Below are positions 58,810 through 64,000 of a stretch of DNA of 64,000 nucleotides, one piece after another. Each line of letters begins with the position of its first letter. The first letter of the stretch is position 1. The position numbers and the translations under genes are program-made. Source of the DNA: Amoebidium appalachense (lineage: Eukaryota > Protista > Ichthyosporea); contig CAVNZM010000001.1 in assembly GCA_963693365.1 (NCBI GenBank), forward strand, positions 19,600,125 through 19,664,124, written 5' to 3'. Under the pieces are notes generated by a model. The model saw nothing but the letters and a program-made list of their open reading frames with translations. It was not told where the DNA came from and made no database searches.

Positions 58810-58878
<69 letters not shown>

Positions 58879-59586
58879 ACGCGAGCAGAGGTGCAAAGGG
58901 TTGATCGTAGCAGTGTGCAATCTGCCTTCAGTGAATTTTTTTTTTTTTCCCTTGCATGAAGTCGGTTGGCCCTATGTATCCCACCAATGGTTGGAGAAGC
59001 CTTAGGCACCGAGCACGTGCATGCATGAGTGTGAGAGGGAGGGAGGGTAGGGAGGGTGTGTGTGTGGGGGGGGGGGAGGGGGGGGGAGGGGGGAGGGGGG
59101 GGGGCTGCTATTTGTGGCTGTGTTGTGCCTCAGCATAAGTGTGTGCAAGCATGTGCATATGTGTACTAGCAGCCGTCAGTGGCCATGAAGTATGTAGCCA
59201 CCTGTCTGTGTATCTTGTAGTGTGCACGTACCATACAGCCGCATAGTGGCCAGCAGCAGGTCGGGGCTGCTCAGCTCCCCACTCCTCTCAAACCCCACCA
59301 CCAGCTTTGCACACGAGCTTTGAGGTGCCAGCAGGTGGGCCTTTTCCAGCAGCCTCCGGAACCGTCTACAGACTGCCGCCAGGCACCGTGCAGCCTTTGC
59401 CTCAGCAGCCAGCCCTGTGCGTCCATTGCGCAGACGGCAGTCGTGGGGCTCACCGCCCTCGGCGCTGCGTGCCGCCGCCAGCACATAGCGCAGCACCACT
59501 AGCACTAACTCGTCCGGCAGCTGGTCCAGCACACCGCCCCCACCCTGCACGACCCTATCAGTGCTTACTGTGTTTCCACACCTCCC

Positions 59587-59626
<40 letters not shown>

Positions 59627-60276
59627 CCCCTCTTCCCCTGGCCCATCCCCCAAGAACCCAACATCCCTTCTACCCCTTCCTACTCCCTCGAATATCCCCT
59701 CCAAATCAATTTTTCTTCTCAAGAGTTTTGTTCCATCTTTCCCTGCCTTCCATACCCCCCCCCCCCCCTCTCCCCCCCACCCACCCTCCCCCCCCCCCCC
59801 CTCCCCCCTCCCCTCCCTCCCCCCCCCCCCCCCCAAACACACACACACACACACGCCCCCCCACCCCAGGGGGGGGGGAGGGGGGGAGGGGGGAATAGTG
59901 ACAGGTAAGCCTCCCAATGGCGTGAGTGAAGGTATGTAAATGGGCGTCTTAGGTGGAAAGGCGAAGTACCTGCTACGCAAACCCTTCGTCACTGTGTTTT
60001 TGTAGTGTGTGCAATTTAATCTTAGCTTTGGGCACTTGTGTGTGTGTGGATTGTGTGTTTCTTTTTGCGGTTTGTGCTTGCGGGTGTTTGTGGACACGTG
60101 AACATCCTGAGAGTGTGTGCATGTGTATCTGCTTCCGTACGTGTGTGCTTGTGTGTTTGTGCGGGTACCTGCTGGCCCACAGCCTGGGGGTTGGCTCCTT
60201 GAGCCTGCATTGACCGTGGGTGTGCAGGGGCGCTGGGACTGTGTGTGAGACTGGCCGGCGTACCGGGCTGCTGCAT
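54707..60276 (-). CDS. F-box protein with degenerate LRR-like repeats
   Basis: Exon 59232-59544 encodes VLDQLPDELVLVVLRYV...ARCLAAVCRRFRRL (F-box). Further exons at 58367-58613 (FAALTSLAV, LPNLR), ~57379-57555, ~55510-55985 (LANLRTLTL) and 54707-55242 (LTKLESLTL, CPRLRHF, stop). Probable first exon ~60170-60276. There are apparent frameshifts in C-runs near 55.8-55.9 kb. Confidence 0.75.
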
Positions 60277-61959
60277 GGGTCCCACGATGGCGCCGGAATG
60301 GCCCGGGAAAACAGGGTGGGACGGGGTGTTGCCCACAGAATGAACAGCAAAACTGGATTCTAGACTTTATGAGTATAATGCCCCGGCCGTTGTTTTGTCT
60401 GCAACCTTCTTCTAGACACTTCATCAGGTGCACGCCCTGCCTAAATCTACTCGGTTCTGCAGTCGCACGAAGCACAGCACTGAAAGTTTTCTATCAAACA
60501 GACAGAGTGACTGACAGAAGTTCAGCCCAGTGTGATTCCTGCAGGGTTGGTATAGGTCCGTTTAGTAAAACAAATCAATACCGGATTTGTGAGAGTCTCC
60601 GGTGTCAGTCAGTGTGATGCCGCACTGATGCGCACGCGTGACCTGCTGACAAATAGTAAATCCACACAAAAAGATATAGAGACCGAGAAATATTTACACA
60701 GGTATATTATACATAGATAATCATATTTGCATGTGTAATGTAAATATTGCCATACTGAGTATGGGCCACATTCCTCCCAGTCACGTTTGCCACAATTACG
60801 TACACATGTACAGCACACGTACATATCCAACGAAGTTCGCTTTGGATCAATTTAACCGGACTTTCTTTTTAACATTTTCATCCTTATCATCAATATGACG
60901 GTTCAAAGTCACAGCGACCAGGGTATTCTATCAGCTTGCTACACGGCATCTTTTATTTCAGTGTCGTGTATGTGTAAAAGGTCAAACACGCTTGACTGTA
61001 TGTTTAAAACAGCAAGTAGAAGGTAGACCATAGAATCTTTGGGAACACATGTTCTGGGGAGGGGAGGGGGATCGGATGTTTTGCCCGAGTCAGTTTTCGC
61101 AAAGCCTTAACAGGATATTTCACCCTGTAAGGTCGCTGCATGGTCCACCAATCAGCAGGCGCGCGTCGGTGCGTCATGCGGTACGTGATCCACCCTAGGA
61201 TCCCCCTACACTTCCCTGCTAATTTGCCAATGGGCAAATTTTCTGAAGCTTAATTTTTAGATACTCTATTAGGAACATTGGAGTACATATTTTCCAAACC
61301 AGAAACCATCAACATTGGCCTGGTGTCGATGGCTACAACCTCTACCTTGGAGAAATACTACCCAATCCTTTCTCTTTTGTGGTGTGGCTTCTTAGAAATC
61401 AAAAAACCCTCGTGACCGCCAGATATCTAATCGATATCTTATATTTTTTGTTGGGGCCCCGGTGGGAACACGAGGCATTTATTTACATAATGACTATTGA
61501 GTTTCTCTTATAAATATAAGAAAACTATATATAGCAGATGTCTCAACGATATTATAAAACAAAGAACGATTTTTTTTTAGTGACTTTGTCTCAGTAAGTT
61601 TCTGCTCAGAAGAATAGCAAATCTAGCTAGTGTATGTACACTGATTCGGGAATGAGTCGGGATCCCCAGCCAATATTACAATCGGAGTTTTGGAGGACCG
61701 GACCTCTGTACGTGATCTGCATGTTTGGTCCACGTACTATGTACTGTACTAGGCTCGGCGACGGCCCCGGGCCCAGGCTTTTTTCCTCTCTGTCACTGCC
61801 CCAGTGGTGCAGATAGATGTGACGTACTAGGCTGTACTCTCTCCGTCTTATCATCTCAGCCCTCTCTAGCTAGCTATAGATTTCTCTCTCTCTCTCCCCG
61901 AGACTCAGTACCCCCCCTCCCCCCCTCCCCCCCCCCCCCCACACCCACCTGATCATCAG

Positions 61960-62220
<261 letters not shown>

Positions 62221-62559
62221 CCCCCCCCCCCCCCCCCCTCTCAACCTTCCCCCTCCCCTCCGACTTATCTCTCTCTCACTCTCCCTCGCCCACGGCGCCG
62301 CCCCCCCCTCTTACCCCCCGCCCTTTAATGGGACCATGTCCCCCTTTTCTTGGTTGGTCTCCTAAAGGGAAGCAAGGGGAAGATTGGAGAGGGGAGGGAG
62401 AAAGGTTTTTTTTTTTTTTTTTGGAGAGGGGGGGGGGGGGGGGGGGGGTACAGTGTTTATCTGTGTTCCTGGGGGGGGTTCATTTTCCTTTTCTTTTCTT
62501 TTTCCCTTCTGTTGTTCAAAGTTCTTTCGTTCTCTCCTTTCCTTTTTCTTTTCTTTTTT

Positions 62560-62590
<31 letters not shown>

Positions 62591-62629
62591 GGAGGGGGGG
62601 GGGAGGGGAATTACGGTGTTTATCTGTCT

Positions 62630-62660
<31 letters not shown>

Positions 62661-62894
62661 GGGGGGTTGTGGGTGCTTGTGTGTGCGCGCACGTCACTGG
62701 TTTTTTCCCTTCCTGTTGTTCAAAGTTCTTTCTCTCCTTCCTTCGTGTGTTTGTGTTTGTGTGTGTGTGTATGGTGTTTGTGCGTGAGTGTGTGTGTGTG
62801 ACACTGCGTGTGTCTTTGTGTGGTGCACGTGTGTGCATGTGTATGTGTGTGTGTGCGTATGCGTGTGTCGGTATGTGCTTGTCTGTGCACGCCG

Positions 62895-63046
<152 letters not shown>

Positions 63047-63918
63047 GGAGCCGGGGATAGGAGGGGAATAGGAGGAGGGGGCGGGGGGGATAGCTGACTG
63101 GTCGGGACCGTTTAACCTTTTTGCTCGAGCCGGCACTTCATTCATTTGGCAAACGTTTGGACTGCATCCTTTGGCAGGCATTTTTTACAGCTGGACCAGG
63201 TTCTAAGAGTATTATTAAACGTTTCTTTCAAAGTTTGCCAACATATGCCCGGTGTTTCTTCTTTCCCCTTCTCTATCTTCATTGACACTCTGTCATTCTT
63301 TCCTTTCTCTCTCATGCTCTTTCTCCCCACTGGCCCTCCCTTCATCCTCATGACAGTGGACCTTTGTTCTATCTCCCACTGTGCTTCCCTCCCTTCCCTG
63401 CCCCTCCCTACCTTTGTGCCTCCCTACCTGCCTCTCCCCCTCTCTCGTCCCCACCTCCCACCCAGCAATCCAGCCACCCACCCTTCATCCCCCCCCCCCC
63501 CCCCCCCCCCCCCTCCGGGAGGCTTCTCCTCTCCGTACTGTACCTTTGTCTTTAATTATCGCAAATATTTGGCTTTCAGGAAGTACCCACCGGCGTGGCT
63601 GGGGTTAATACCCTGGGCAAAGTGTGTGCGAGAGTACTGTCGGTGCTGAATGGAAGACGGCAGTTCCCCAAGAGGGCCACGAGGGGTCCCTCTTGGAACA
63701 AAACGCGATAAAATAAAAAAAATAAAAATGGCTTTCAGGAAGGGTATTTTGTTTCGGGTGGGGAGGGGTTCAGGGAGGAGGGGAAGGGGGGGGGGGGGGG
63801 GGGGGGGGGGGGAGGGGGGAGGGAGGGACGGGGGGCACTGGGTCGGGGTGGTGGTCGTACAGCAAGCGAATGGGTTTCCCGACGGGGGAAAATATAAAAA
63901 TAAAAGAGAGAGGGGGGA

Positions 63919-63955
<37 letters not shown>

Positions 63956-64000
63956 TATCCGATTCAGAAGGGATTGAAAGGGGGATCGCCGTTAGACTTT

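Overview
A eukaryotic, intron-rich window with long (GT)n/(CA)n, (GA)n and poly-G/poly-C tracts. Almost all supplied six-frame ORFs are microsatellite artefacts. Stitching GT-AG exons by hand, with reading phase checked, gives six genes: (1) + strand, a PPR protein ending in a FYVE-spaced C8 zinc finger, 5' end uncertain; (2) - strand, a PH + coiled-coil + VASt (StART-like) lipid-transfer protein with a tail anchor; (3) - strand, an Afi1/MesA-family (DENN-related) protein with an EVH1/WH1-like domain inserted; (4) + strand, a small probable membrane protein with a C-terminal SAP/HeH-like motif; (5) + strand, a Gdown1/POLR2M (GRINL1A)-like protein; (6) - strand, an F-box/LRR-like protein. There is also a decayed non-LTR retrotransposon, an intronic fold-back MITE and several minisatellites. 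The gene mix suggests a non-animal opisthokont, possibly a unicellular holozoan (inference only). The most striking pattern is intron polarity: many introns start with (GU)n/G-runs and end with complementary C-runs/(CA)n, often right up to the AG with no polypyrimidine tract, which suggests structure-guided splicing. All family calls come from motifs recognised by eye; no database searches were run.
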